In this document: one piece after another, positions 37,874 through 50,292 of the stretch
Layout: every line of letters begins with the position of its first letter
How positions within the stretch are numbered: position 1 is the stretch's first letter
NCBI GenBank assembly: GCA_038087875.1
Contig: CM075997.1
Span: 558,001-622,000, forward strand
Source of the DNA: Malacoraja senta
Taxonomy: Eukaryota
Reading direction: 5' to 3'
DNA length: 64,000 bases
Made by a program: the position numbers and the translations under genes
Notes under the pieces: model-generated
Told to the model about the DNA's origin: nothing
What the model saw: the letters and a program-made list of their open reading frames with translations, nothing else
Databases searched by the model: none

Positions 37874-38444
37874 CTGAAGCCGGGACACACAAGGGTTAAA
37901 TGTCAGGCGGATGTTGCTGTGAGCAATGATTGCATGATGCAGGGTTAATGGAAGGGTTAATAGAAAGATAGGGACAGGAGCAGGCCATTCGGCCCTTGGA
38001 GCCAGCACCGCCATTCAATATGATCATGGCTGATCATCCAGACTCAGTACCCCGTTCCTGCTTTCTCCTCATATCCCTTGATTCCTTTAACCATAAAAGC
38101 TAAATCTAAATCTCTCTTGAAAACATCCAGTGAATTGGCCTCCACTGCCTTCTGTGGCAGAGAATTCCACAGATTCACAACTCTCTGGGTGGAAACGTTT
38201 TTCCTCATCTCAATCCTAAATGGCCGCCCCCTTATTCTTAAACTGTGTGTGACCCCTGGTTCTGGACTCCCCCAACACGGGGAACACTTTTCCTGCATCT
38301 AGCCTGTCCAATCCTTTAAGAATTTTATGTTTCTATAATATATCCCCTCATCCTTCTAAATTCCAGTGAATACAAGCCCAGTTGATCCATTCTTTCATCA
38401 CATGTCAGTCCCGCCATCATAAGGAGAGGGGGAAAGGAGACAGG

Positions 38445-38518
<74 letters not shown>

Positions 38519-38686
38519 GAGACAGAGAGAGACAGAGAGACAGAGAGAGAGACAGAGAGAGACAGAGACAGAGAGAGAGACAGAGAGAGAGAGAGAGACA
38601 GAGAGAGAGAGAGACAGAGAGAGAGACAGAGAGAGAGACAGAGAGAGAGACAGAGAGAGAGACAGAGAGAGAGACCAGAGAGAGAG
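38445..38686. repeat. (GA)n / GAGAC microsatellite
   Basis: Visible directly; a second tract at about 39080-39312 flanks the same exon. Confidence 0.95.
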
Positions 38687-38765
38687 CGCAAATCAAACTG
38701 GGGGTGGATATTTACGCCCCAAACTAGTTAGTGTGCAGAATGGCGGACACGACAGGCTACTGTAC

Positions 38766-38834
38766 CGGGCTGTGCGAGTTCCTCCAGTTCCCTCAGTAGG
38801 TTCTGATGATGCACCATGGCCACAACTCTCTCAT
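38766..38834 (-). CDS. CHGA: Chromogranin-like exon 4 (69 nt)
   Basis: DERVVAMVHHQNLLRELEELAQP versus CHGA DERILSILRHQNLLKELQDLALQ. Confidence 0.9.
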
Positions 38835-39226
38835 CTGCAGCAGAGATGACAGTTGCAGTTAGCACCCTGACCAGTATAAAGCTACAACAGGTGGAATATT
38901 CAATTACACTCAAATAGTATTTAATGCGACACAGAGAGGGTCAGAGGGAGAGAGGGAAAACAGAGACAGTATGTAAAAATAAAGAAAATGAGAACAAAAG
39001 AGAGAGACAGAGACAGAGGATGAAAGGGGGGGTAGAGAGACACTCAGAGGAGACAGAGAGACTGACAGAGCGACAAAGAGGGAGAAAGACAGAGAGAGAG
39101 AGACTGAGAGACAGAGAGAGGCAGAGAGACAAAGACAGAGAGACTGAGAGACAGAGAGACAGAGAGACAGAGAGACAGAGAGAGAGAGACAGAGAGAGAG
39201 AGAGAGACAGAGAGAGAGAGAGAGAC

Positions 39227-39260
<34 letters not shown>

Positions 39261-39264
39261 CAAC

Positions 39265-39317
<53 letters not shown>

Positions 39318-39429
39318 AGAAATGGAACCAGAAGCCTGGTATGATTATCTTATGAGAAATGAGAAGGCACAACATGGTGGATAGTGAAGCAACGTGGAGC
39401 CGGTGAAGGACGGGAGGCTTGAGCTTGAC

Positions 39430-39523
39430 CTTCTTTGAGGACCTTGCTGCATCCAGTGGTGACAGGCAGCGGCCTGGGGTTGGACAGAGTGTCTGAGATC
39501 ACCTCGACAATACATCTGGTCAC
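39430..39523 (-). CDS. CHGA: Chromogranin-like exon 3 (disulfide loop, 94 nt)
   Basis: VTRCIVEVISDTLSNPRPLPVTTGCSKVLKE, the C-x20-C granin loop. Confidence 0.92.
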
Positions 39524-39608
39524 CTGCAGAGGGAGACAAAGGCACACATTTGCACAGGTAGGAAGGACCAGGTGATCCAGAAACAGGTCTGGATGTCCAA
39601 TTTTTTAA

Positions 39609-39900
39609 ACCCTGTCCCACTGTGCAAGTTCATTCCAAGAGCTCTCCCGTGTGTTTAAAAAAAAATCAAACTCGTGGTAAGCACGGAGAATGAACGTAGT
39701 GGGTACGTCGGAGCGCGGGGACGTCTCTTAGCGCTAACGGCAGGTACTCGGGAAGACTCGTGAAGATTTTTCAACATGTTGAGAAAATGTCCACGAGAGC
39801 CCCGAGTACCGACGAGTGGCCATTATCGTAAATCTCCGAGTTCGAATCAGGGCAAACTCGGCAGAGCTCTTGGAATGAACTTGCACCGTGGGACAGGGGT
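39609..39900. mobile_element. TTAA-flanked MITE
   Basis: TIR CCCTGTCCCAC..GTTCATTCCAAGAG; the internal sequence is shared with 43263-43580. Confidence 0.85.
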
Positions 39901-40453
39901 TTAATTGGACATCCAGACCTGTTCGTGTCTGACAGAGGAACAGCACCTCATATTTCGCTTGGGCAGCTTACACCCCAGCGGTATGAATATTAGCTGCTCA
40001 AACTTTGCAACCCTTGCTTTCCCTCTCTCTCTCCCTTCCCAGTCTAACTGTCCTTGACCACATTTTAAAGGTAGACAAAAAATGCTGGAGAAACTCAGCG
40101 GGTGAGGCAGCATCTATGGAGCGAAGGAAATAGGCGACGTTTCGGGTCGAGACCCTTCTTCAGTCTGCATAATGTGCACGGATCATAATTGGTAGTGTTA
40201 TAGCTCGAGAGAAAGTGCAGATTAAAAAAAAGCAGGGACCACATCAAGGTAGATTGGAGGATCGAGAATCATCCTTAGTTCTGTTCATGTGTCCAAAAAC
40301 AGTGGGGAAGAAGCTGTTCTTGATTCTGGTGGTGTGTGCTTACACGTTTTTGTACCATCTGCCCGACGGGAGAGGGGAGAGGGGGGAATGACTGGGGAGT
40401 GAGGATATTCAAGGAGCACGTTGCAGCCAAGTCAGGATGAGAGACGGGCTTAC

Positions 40454-40500
40454 CTGATCATCTTTCTTTAGCATCTCGGAGGACAAAGGTCGACAGGTCA
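40454..40500 (-). CDS. CHGA: Chromogranin-like exon 2 (47 nt)
   Basis: (V)TCRPLSSEMLKKDDQ versus CHGA VTALPVNSPMNKGDTE; bounded by TTGCAG and GTAAG. Confidence 0.8.
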
Positions 40501-40770
40501 CTGCAACAGAGAGATGAGAACCATCGATGTGGAGCCACAGGTAACAACAAAGGGCGCCGTCAATGTTAACACAAGGTCCCAGTCACAAGGTCTCCACTCA
40601 TACAGGTCATCCTCTCATACAGGCTTCAGAGCAACTGACACAACCCAGAGCGCTAGAGGCACAGCCTTAGAGTGATACAGCACCAAAACAGGCCCTTCAG
40701 CCCATCGAGTTCATGCCAGTACCCAGTGGAAGAGAGCATTGAGGCACATAGCATGGAAAGAGCAGAGAGG

Positions 40771-41210
40771 TTCTACTGCAGTTGTACAGGGTCTTGGTGA
40801 GACCACACCTGGAGTATTGCGTACAGTTTTGGTCACCAAATCTGAGGAAAGACATTCTTGCCATAGAGGGAGTGCAGAGAAGGTTCACCAAACTGATTCC
40901 TGGGATGGCAGGACTTTCATATGAAGAAAGATTGGATAGACTCGGCTTGTACTCGCTAGAATTTAGAAGATTGAGAGGGGATCTTATAGAAACTTAAGGG
41001 GTTGGACAGGCTAGATGCAAGAAGATTGTACCCGATGTTGGGGAAGTCCAGAACAAAGGGTCACAGTTTAAGGATAAGGGGGAAGTCTTTTAGGACCGAG
41101 ATGAGAAAATCATTTTTCACACAGAGAGTGGTGAATCTGTGGAATTCTCTGCCACAGAAGGTAGTTGAGGCCAGTTCATTGGCTATATTTAAGAGGGAGT
41201 TAGATGTGGC
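40771..41210 (+). mobile_element. CR1/HER1-type LINE fragment running into the assembly gap
   Basis: [18 protein letters not shown] motif. Confidence 0.88.
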
Positions 41211-41410
41211 NNNNNNNNNNNNNNNNNNNNNNNNNNNNNNNNNNNNNNNNNNNNNNNNNNNNNNNNNNNNNNNNNNNNNNNNNNNNNNNNNNNNNNNNNN
41301 NNNNNNNNNNNNNNNNNNNNNNNNNNNNNNNNNNNNNNNNNNNNNNNNNNNNNNNNNNNNNNNNNNNNNNNNNNNNNNNNNNNNNNNNNNNNNNNNNNNN
41401 NNNNNNNNNN
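41211..41410. other. Assembly gap (200 N)
   Basis: Run of N. The missing SARS2 3' exons and chromogranin exon 1 imply that the real gap is much larger than 200 bp. Confidence 0.99.
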
Positions 41411-41439
41411 AACCACTCTTCAATAATTCATCAAGTTAC

Positions 41440-41485
41440 CTCATGGGCAGATCCTGGATGTTAACGGCATGATCCATGAAGTACC
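41440..41485 (-). CDS. SARS2: SARS2 exon 10
   Basis: GYFMDHAVNIQDLPMR (human GYFMDHTVAFRDLPVR); 46 nt. Confidence 0.93.
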
Positions 41486-41596
41486 CTGGAAAACAACAGC
41501 ATCTTTCAATGTGAGCAGAGCTTAGAAAATATTACAAAGGAGCTAGTGTAGAACTAAGTAATTACAGCACAGTAAGCATTGTTTGGCTCAGGTGGA

Positions 41597-41927
41597 CACA
41601 GAGTGCTGGAGTAACTCAGCGGGTCAGGCAGCATCTGTGGAGAACATGGATAGGTGACGTTTCACAGAGTGCTGGAGTAACTCAGTGGGTCAGGCAGCAT
41701 CTGTGGAGAACATGGATAGGTGACGTTTCACAGAGTGCTGGAGTAACTCAGCGGGTCAGGCAGCATCTGTGGAGAACATGGATAGGTGACGTTTCACAGA
41801 GTGCTGGAGTAACTCAGTGGGTCAGGTAGCATCTGTGGAGAACATGGATATGTGACGTTTCACAGAGTGCTGGAGTAACTCAGCGGGTCAGGCAGCATCT
41901 GTGGAGAACATGGATAGGTGACGTTTC
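41597..41927. repeat. 66-bp tandem array (5 units) derived from a Penelope-like repeat
   Basis: Unit CACAGAGTGCTGGAGTAACTCAGCGGGTCAGGCAGCATCTGTGGAGAACATGGATAGGTGACGTTT. The same unit occurs about 4 times at 47365-47628. Confidence 0.92.
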
Positions 41928-42898
41928 GTGATGGCACTCTTTTTCAGACTGGAGAAGGGTCCCGATCCAAAACCTTCTCCAGAGATGCATGCCTGACCTC
42001 ACTGAGTTACTCCAGCGCTTTATGTTTAAGAAGGAACAGCTGGAAAAATCTAAGGCAGATAAAAATGCTGGAGAAACTCAGCGGTTGATGCAGCATCAAT
42101 GATACTGCCTCACCCGCTGAGTTTCTCCAGCATTTTTATCTACCAGCGCTTTATGTCCTCTTTTGTAAACCAGCCTCTGCAGTTCCATGTTTCTTCAGCC
42201 TTTTCCCTCCTGGTTTATCCGGCTTTTCCTTAAAAGTACACGCTGTTCTCCCCAACTACTGCCCATTGACGCTCTGACCCATATTCAACTGGGGTACGGA
42301 AGCTTTCTCTGTCGACATTTATTGGTGACTATCTTGGAGTCACAACCTTGGTGTGTAGCTGTAGACTCATGTTAGGACCAAGATTGTCCAACAGTCCAAG
42401 ATTGTTAAGGGCTTGGACACACTAGAGGCAGGAAACATGTTCCCGATGTTGGGGGAGTCCAGAACCAGGGCCCACAGTTTGAGAATAAGGGGTAGGCCAT
42501 TTAGAACGGAGACGAGGAAACACTTTTTCTCACAAGAGTGGTGAGTCTGTGGAATTCTCTGCCTCAGAGGGTGGTGGAGGCAGGTTCTTTGGATGCTTTC
42601 AAGAGAGAGCTAGATAGGTCTCTTAAAGATAGCGGAGTCAGGGGATATGGGGAGAAGGCAGGAACGGGGTACTGATTGGGGATGATCAGCCATGATCACA
42701 TTGAATGGCGGTGCTGGCTCGAAGGGCCAAATGGCTTACTCCTGCACCTATTGTCTATTGACCCAGTTGCCCTGTCCACCATTAAAGAAGGTCCCGACCC
42801 TTAACGTCACCCATTCCTTCCCTCCGGAAGAGCAGCCTGTCCCGCTGAGTTGCTCCAGCATTTCGCGTCTATCCCAGCTCATTCTGTTATGCCTTTAC

Positions 42899-43007
42899 CT
42901 GCGATGCCGACCTCGGCTGTCCCCGCGAGGCAGAGATCTTCAAAGCGAGTGGGATCGAGCTGGTAAACCTGGGAGGACTTGGCATTGGGCCTCATCCCAC
43001 AGCCCTC
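42899..43007 (-). CDS. SARS2: SARS2 exon 9
   Basis: [36 protein letters not shown], containing the SerRS TxE motif; 109 nt. Confidence 0.95.
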
Positions 43008-43262
43008 CTGCAAGAACAGGAGATTCAGATCGTAGCCGCATTACAATAGAAACTCATCCACAGTTGCACATGTCCAATGCACAAGTGCACCATGCAGCAG
43101 TCCAATAACCAGTTCCACTGACTTTGTGTGCAGGAAGTAACTGCAGATAGACACAAAATGCTGGAGTAACTCAGCGGGTGAGACAGCATCTCTGGAGAGA
43201 AGGAATGGGCGACATTCGCCCATTTCTTCTCTCCAGAGATGCTGCCTCACCCGCTGAGTTAA

Positions 43263-43580
43263 AGCCCTGTCCCACGGTACGAGTTCATTCCAAGAGCTCT
43301 CCCGAGTTTAAAAAAAATCAAACTCGTGGTAAGGACGGAGAATGAACGTAGCGGGTACGTCGGAGCGCGGGGACGTCTCTTAGCGCTAACGGCAGGCACT
43401 CGGGAAGACGCGCTAACGGAAGGTAAGCACGGGAAGTCTCGTGAAGATTTTTCAACATGATGAAAAATGTCCACGAGAGCCCCGAGTAGCGACGAGCGGC
43501 CATTACCATAAATCTCCGAGTTCGAATCAGGGCAAACTCGGGAGAACTCTTGGAATGAGCTCGTACCGTGGGACAGGGGT
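43263..43580. mobile_element. TTAA-flanked MITE inserted in a Penelope-like repeat
   Basis: AGCCCTGTCCCACGGTACGAG ... CTCGTACCGTGGGACAGGGGT, with TTAA on both sides. Confidence 0.88.
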
Positions 43581-44342
43581 TTAACTCCAGCATTTTGTGT
43601 CTACATTGGATTTAAACCAGCATCTGCAGTTCTTTCTCACACAAGTAACTGCAGATGTTGGTTTATACCAAAGACAGACACAAAATGCTGCAGTAACTCA
43701 GCGGCATATACAGCATCTCTGGAGAGAAGGAATTGGTGAAGAAGGGTCTCGATCCAAAATGTCACCCCAGAAACGATGCTGCCTGTCCCGCTGAGTTACT
43801 CCAGCATTTTGTGTCTATCCATTAAATATGGTATTAGCTCATTATGCTCACATGTACCAAGATACAGAGGAAAGCTTTCTTTGCTTGCTATTCAGTCAAA
43901 TTATACCTCACAAATTAAGTACCCGAGTCCAATTAAGCCCGACACAAGTTCAGAATGTAGTGAGAAAAAAAAAAAAGATATGTAAACCGCACACGGAAAT
44001 TAGTCACAATGACTACAGATGTTGGTTTACAAAGGAAGACACAAAGTACTGGAGCAACTCAGCGGGTCAGGCAGCATCTCTGGTAACATTTTGGGCCAGG
44101 ACCCTTCTTCAGACCAATTGTAGTAGGGAGGAGACTGTTGGAAGAGAGGTGGAGGGGAAGAACAAAGCCAGGTAAATGATAGGTGGATACAGGTGAAAAG
44201 CAACATGCTGGTATGCTTAGATGAAGAGGTTATCATACAGTGCATCAATACTATTTCTGAAAATACAGAACCGAGGAGTTGGGCCGAATGGCCGGTGTCA
44301 GTGCTGTTAATCGCATGAAATTCCACGATTTTCTATACTCAC

Positions 44343-44390
44343 AAACACAGCCCCTTTCAGCATATCTGGAACGGTTATTGCAACAAATCC
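44343..44390 (-). CDS. SARS2: SARS2 exon 8
   Basis: GFVAITVPDMLKGAVF (class II motif 1); 48 nt. Confidence 0.94.
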
Positions 44391-44807
44391 CTGAAAAGAG
44401 GAAATAGATCGTCAAGGCAAAGTATTGAATCCATCTGTCAGTACAATTATCATAGAATTGTACAGCACGGAAACAGGACATTCGGCCCAACACATCCAAA
44501 CATTGGGCACTCTGCGGTATTAACACCATCGCTCATCGCTTGCTCCAGAGCTTCTATGCAGAAGGGATTCAAGAGTGCGTGGTGTACACACTTGGGGCAA
44601 TTACAGAGGGCCAATTAACCTACGAACTCGCACGTCTTTGGGATGTGGGAGGAAAACCCACGCGGTCACAGGGAGAACATGCACCTGAGATCAGGATCGA
44701 ACCCGGGTCTCTGGCGCTATCAGCTGCACCACTGTGCCGCTCTTTGCCAGAGTGAAGTGAACCAGGAGAGTGGGAATGCAAGCTGGGTTTGGATCAAAGA
44801 GGCTCAC

Positions 44808-44913
44808 CTTCTTGAGCAGCTTGTTCATTGTGAACTGGACCAAGGCGAGCTGCAGTTCACTGCCTGCTCCTCGGAGGTAGTAGGATCGATGACCTGACAC
44901 ATGCGAGAGCCGC
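44808..44913 (-). CDS. SARS2: SARS2 exon 7
   Basis: [35 protein letters not shown]; 106 nt. Confidence 0.96.
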
Positions 44914-47070
44914 CTAGGTCAGGAGTAAATACAATGTTTAACCTTTAAAACCCGAGACAACAAGCGCTGAACCAAGTTTCTCTTTTGCCAAGCTCACGGA
45001 AGCTGCTTGGAGCGACTGGAAGCTGTGGAAATCTTAAAATTGCAGCTAGTTTGCTCCAGAAAAAAAGCCTGAAACTTTGAGTTCTCATCCCAAGAAGTCA
45101 GTGATTGTGGAACCAATGAAACATTTTGGGTGGGGATTTAAGAGGATATGGATCATCGATAGTGAATGGAGTCAAACTTTAACATATAACTGAATGGAGA
45201 ATTGGTTTGAAGGGAAGAATCTTTATTTTCCCCTACAACTTCCTTGTAACGAGAAGTTTAGTTTAAAGATCCAGCATGGAAACAGGTCCTTCGGCCCATC
45301 AAGTCCACACCGACCATCGATCACCCGTACACACTAATTTTGTGTCATTTTGATCCCAGTTTGGCATCCACTTCCTTCACATTAGGGGATTTATTTTAGA
45401 TATAGACAATATTTTATAGATAGATACTATTTTATATTTTTATAGATATATTTTAGCATTAAAATACTTCCTTTACTGATAATATATAAAGTGTTTTTGC
45501 ATTTGTTCTGTGTGCTGTGATTTGATGCAATGCTGTCAAGTGTGTTAGACCACCTGGGGCCGACAGATAGATAAGAACCTAACAAAACAGACACAGATTC
45601 TCCTGAATTTTTAATCAAATATCCCTGCACACTTACACCATCCCACACACACTAGGGACAATTTACAATTTTACCAAGCTAATTAACATCTTTGGAGTGT
45701 GGGAGGAATCCGGAGATCCCGGAGAAAACCCACGCAGATCACAGGGAGAACGTGCAAACTCCGTACAGACAGGCACCTGTAGTCAGGATCAAACCCAAGT
45801 CACTGGCTCTACCGCTGCGCCATAAATGTTTCGCGTTTATATGCGACACGGGTATCACTGTTGAGACCAGCAGTTATTGCTCAACTCTAAGCACTTTTGA
45901 GATGTCAGTTGTGGCAACCAAGTCGTTTTCAAGGGAGTTTCAGGATGTCAAATTACACAAAGACCAGGTAAAATAGTTTTGTTTCTGTCAAAGGACATTA
46001 AAAAAAAATCACTTATTAAAAAAAAATTTTAAAAATCATTCCCACTAAAGAACGAAAAGGGAACAGTGGGACATTTTGTGACTTTCGTCGGCCTTTACTT
46101 GGCGGCTCTTTGCATATTTTACGTATGGTACGCAAAACAAATTTCACTGTGACATGGCACGTGATCATAAATTGTCATTCAATGCATCGGTGGGGGGGGG
46201 GGGGGGGCAGTCTTTGATTGATTGAGGAAGGAGGTGTTTGAAGATCAAGGCTTCAAACCCGACTAAGATCACGGCCATATGGGGAGCTGTGATCCCTGGA
46301 CCCCTGTATGCCACCGCTGAGTCACCCACCACCCACAGCAAGCGTCACAAAGTGCTGGAGAGACAACTCTGTCCTTGATCTCATATGTGCACTTCAAACA
46401 CTTGTGCTGCTATCTAATTAAGTTCATAGCCTGCTCGTGTGTGATTACTGGCTATGCCTCCAGGGGACCTAACTGATGGGTAAATGACATGAATTTAAGT
46501 TGCATTAAACAGCTGGAGACTAATTGCTTCATTTGTTTGGCAATGCCAGTGTGTTTAAAAAAGATATATTATTCAGCCTTCAAAGACAGTATCCCTTGAT
46601 GGACCACTAAAGAGTCCATCAGATGCGTTTCATTTAAAATCTGGGGCATAACATAATGAGGCCATTTCAACTTCAAAAGCAAAAAATGGTCTTCATTTGT
46701 ATGGTCTTTTGTCACTTTGTACATTACATCTGAAGGCAATGAATCATTTTCATAATGCAGAGCCCGACATGTAGGCATACACAATGAGGCAGCCATCTTT
46801 AGCAAAGTCCACGCTCAATGGAGACGAGTAACTACATCGAAGATAAACACAAAAAGCTGGAGTAACAGTGGGACAGGCAGCATCTCTGGAGAGAAGGAAT
46901 GGGTGATGTCCTCGGATCGAGACCCATCTGCAGGTCAATCCAATTAAAGCTTCACTTTAAAAAAAATTAAGCTGGAAATTTAAACATCTTTGTGGGGGGG
47001 AAATCAAGTGCAAATTAATTTCACTGCCCCAATAGCCTGAGATCAAGCTAACACCACAAATATTGCTTAC

Positions 47071-47134
47071 CTTTGTCTGATAATATCCAGCTCCTCGCCA
47101 ATTTGCAAATGACCCTTGGGTTTAAAATCAAACA
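47071..47134 (-). CDS. SARS2: SARS2 exon 6
   Basis: VFDFKPKGHLQIGEELDIIRQR; 64 nt. Confidence 0.95.
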
Positions 47135-48659
47135 CTAGAAAACAAAACGAAATGGTCAGAACATTATTGTGAGAAAAATTGATGCAATTTATCTGCCAGA
47201 TGTAGTGTGCTTAAACTCTCGACTGCCTTGTCACTTTAAGGATTTTATTTAATCACATCCTGTGGAATTAGTTGTAATCTGTAATTGTTCTCGACAGTTT
47301 ACAGGTCAGTGGCATGTTTATTGCTTTTGGGCTGTAGATCAGAATTCCCAAAGAATAAAAAAAGACACAGTTTTGGAGTAACTCAGCGGGTCAGGCAGCA
47401 TCTGTGGAGAACATGGATAGGTGACGTTTCACAGAGTGCTGGAATAACTCAGCGGGTCAGGCAGCATCTCTGGAGAACATGGATAGGTGACGTTTCACAG
47501 AGTGCTGGAGTAACTCAGCGGGTCAGGCAGCATCTGTGGAGAACATGGATAGGTGACGTTTCACAGAGTGCTGGAGTAACTCAGCGGGTCAGGCAGCATC
47601 TCTGGAGAACATGGATAGGTGACGTTTCGGGGTAGGACCCTTCTTCAGACTGATTGCAGTGAAGGAAGAAAGCTGGGAGGTGCGGGACAAAGGGCGAGGG
47701 GGGGGGGGGGGGTGGGGAAAGATTTAATAAGAACCCAGGAGGTCATTTTTTCACACAAAGGCTGGTTGGAGTACGGAACGAGCTGGCGGAGGAGGTAGTT
47801 GAGGCAGGTAATATCGCAACGTTTAAGAAACATTTAGACAGGTACATAGATAGGATAGGTTTAGGGAGATATGGGCCAAACTCAGGCAGGTGGGAATCGT
47901 GTAGATGGAACATGTTGCTCGGTTTGGGAAGGTTAAGGGCCCAATTCCATGCTGCAAGTCTCTATCTCCTGACATAGTCTGGCTCCTTGATTAAATTCCT
48001 ACTTGTTGTGTTCAGTTTATTATCATCATCATATGTACTGAGGTACAGTGAAAAGCTTTTTTTTGCGTGCTTGCCAGTCAGCAAAAAGTCTACACATGAT
48101 TACAAATCAAGGCGCCCACAGTGTACAGATACAGGATAAAGGTTATAACGTTTACGGCAAGATAAAGTCAACGAAAGTCTGATTAAAAGGGGGGCACGGT
48201 GGCGTAGTGGTAGAGCTACTGCCTCAACGCCAGAGTCCCGGGTTCAATCCTGACTACGGATGCTGTCTGTACGGAGTTTGTACGTTCTCCCCGCGACCTT
48301 GTGGGTTTTCTCCGAGATCTTCGCTTTCCTCCCACACTCCATGTAGGTTAAATTACTTGGTATAAATGTAAATTGTCCCTAGGTAGACATAAAATGCTGG
48401 AGTAACTCAGCGGGACAGGCAGCATCTCTGGAGAGAAGGAATGGGCGACGTTTCGGGTCGAGACCCTTCTTCAGACTAATGTGTAGGATAGTGTTAGTGT
48501 GTGGGATCGTTGGTCGGTGTGGGCCGAAGGGCCTGTTTCCGCGCTGTATCTCTAAACTAAACTAAGGATAGTTCGAAGGTCTCCAATGGGGGAAAGTATT
48601 GGTTGTTTGTTATAAATGATTTCAGTATTGTGACCACCAATATCTATAAAAACCCTTAC

Positions 48660-48714
48660 CTGGTTTCTCACCAACCATTTCAACCACGACAGCCTGGCTT
48701 TCGTCACCTATGGG
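48660..48714 (-). CDS. SARS2: SARS2 exon 5
   Basis: PIGDESQAVVVEMVGEKP; 55 nt with an AAG acceptor. Confidence 0.93.
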
Positions 48715-48779
48715 CTTCCATAGAAAAAGAGAATGGTTAGAATTAATATTAGGAATAAATAAATCCACACGAAGCAAGA

Positions 48780-49210
48780 CCAAGCGACCGTTTCACCAAA
48801 CACTTGCGCTCGGTCAGCCAGGCCTGCTGCATCTTCTGGTTGCTAACCATTTTAACTCCTCTTCCCATTCCCACAGCTCTTTCTGTCCTGTGCCTCCATT
48901 GCCAGAGACTGGAGGAACAGCACCTCATATTCCGCTTGAGTAGCTTACAACCCAATTTCTCCAATTTTAGGTACTGCATAACCCTCCTCCTCCCCCTTCT
49001 TCCCCCATATACCAGCTCTATCTACTCCCCTGTGCCCTACCTGGACTGGCATCTACTTCTCTCCTCCCCCCTCCATCTACATTCCATCCTCTAGCTTCAC
49101 AATTTGCAACTCTTCAATCCTTTTGTCTCACATCCTCAGCCTTTTCATCTCTGGCCTTTGTCCAACCACCCACCTAGCAAAAAAAAAACCTCCTCACCCA
49201 CCTGGATCAA
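48780..49210 (+). mobile_element. Penelope-like element 3' fragment (GIY-YIG endonuclease C-terminus)
   Basis: VANHFNSSSHSH..LEEQHLIFRLSSLQP. Similar remnants at about 39935-40050 and 56550-56710. Confidence 0.7.
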
Positions 49211-49451
49211 CCAGGCTTTCATAAGTGACAGGAGCAGAATTAGGCCATTCGGCCCATCAAGGCTACTATGCCATTCAATCGTGGCTGATCCCTCTCCCTC
49301 CAAACCCCATTCTCTTGCCTTCTCCCTACAAGGTAGACAAAATTGCTGGAGAGACTCAGCGGGTGCGGCAGCATCTATGGAGCGAAGGAAATAGGCAACG
49401 TTTCGGGACGAAACCCGGAAGGGTTTCGTCCCGAAACGTTGCCTATTTCCT

Positions 49452-49993
49452 TTTTTTTTTTTTTTTTTATTTTTATTTATTAGAAGTACATTACATCACA
49501 ACCACATACATTAATACTCGTCATTTATATCTTCTTACAATTAATGTACTCCCTTTATTTATTTTTTTACACTAGAGAAAGAAAAGATTGAAAGAGAGAA
49601 GAAAGTGAAGGAAAAAGTGCAAGTGTAGAAAAGTGTAGAAAATGTAACAACAAAAAAGGACGAAGACCCTATAAGAGCGAAATTAAAAACAAAAAGAAAA
49701 AGAGTTAAGAAATAGGCCCTAAGAAAAGAAAAGAGAAAGAGAAAAAAAGAAAAACAAATGTTTTTTTTGAGCATCACGTAAATAGGACATACCAACTCTT
49801 CAACTATCATCCCCCCTTACCCGACCTCAATTTTTTATTTTTTTTAAGTACTTTTGCACCCTATGTTTGTAATAATTCTATAAATGCAGACCACGTCAGG
49901 TGGAAGTGATCTGGTTTACCTGCTAGGAGGAGTCTTATCTCTTCAAGGTGTAATGTTTCAAACATATTTGAAATCCACATATTTATAGTTGGG
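49452..49993 (-). mobile_element. L1-clade LINE 3' end with target-site duplication
   Basis: The minus strand encodes WISNMFETLHLEEIRLLLAGKPDHFHLTWSAFI. Poly(T) at 49451, and CGTTGCCTATTTCCT is duplicated on both sides. Confidence 0.72.
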
Positions 49994-50292
49994 CGTTGCC
50001 TATTTCCTATAGTGGAGATTGTTCAACTCTTTACATGGCGATGAATTCATCACTCTCTGACTAAGGAAATTCCTCCTCATCTCCTTCCAAAAAGAATGTC
50101 CTTTAATTCTGAGGCTATGCCCTCTAGTCCTAGACTCTCCCACTTTGGCTTTATCCGGGCCCTCCTCTCTTCCTGTTTTCTTTCCACCCCGACAATATGG
50201 TAGAAGATGGTGATCCGGTTTCCTCCCACTTCCCACAGACGTGCGGGGTTTGTAGGTTAATTGGCCACTCTGTAAATTGCCCCGAGAAGTGG

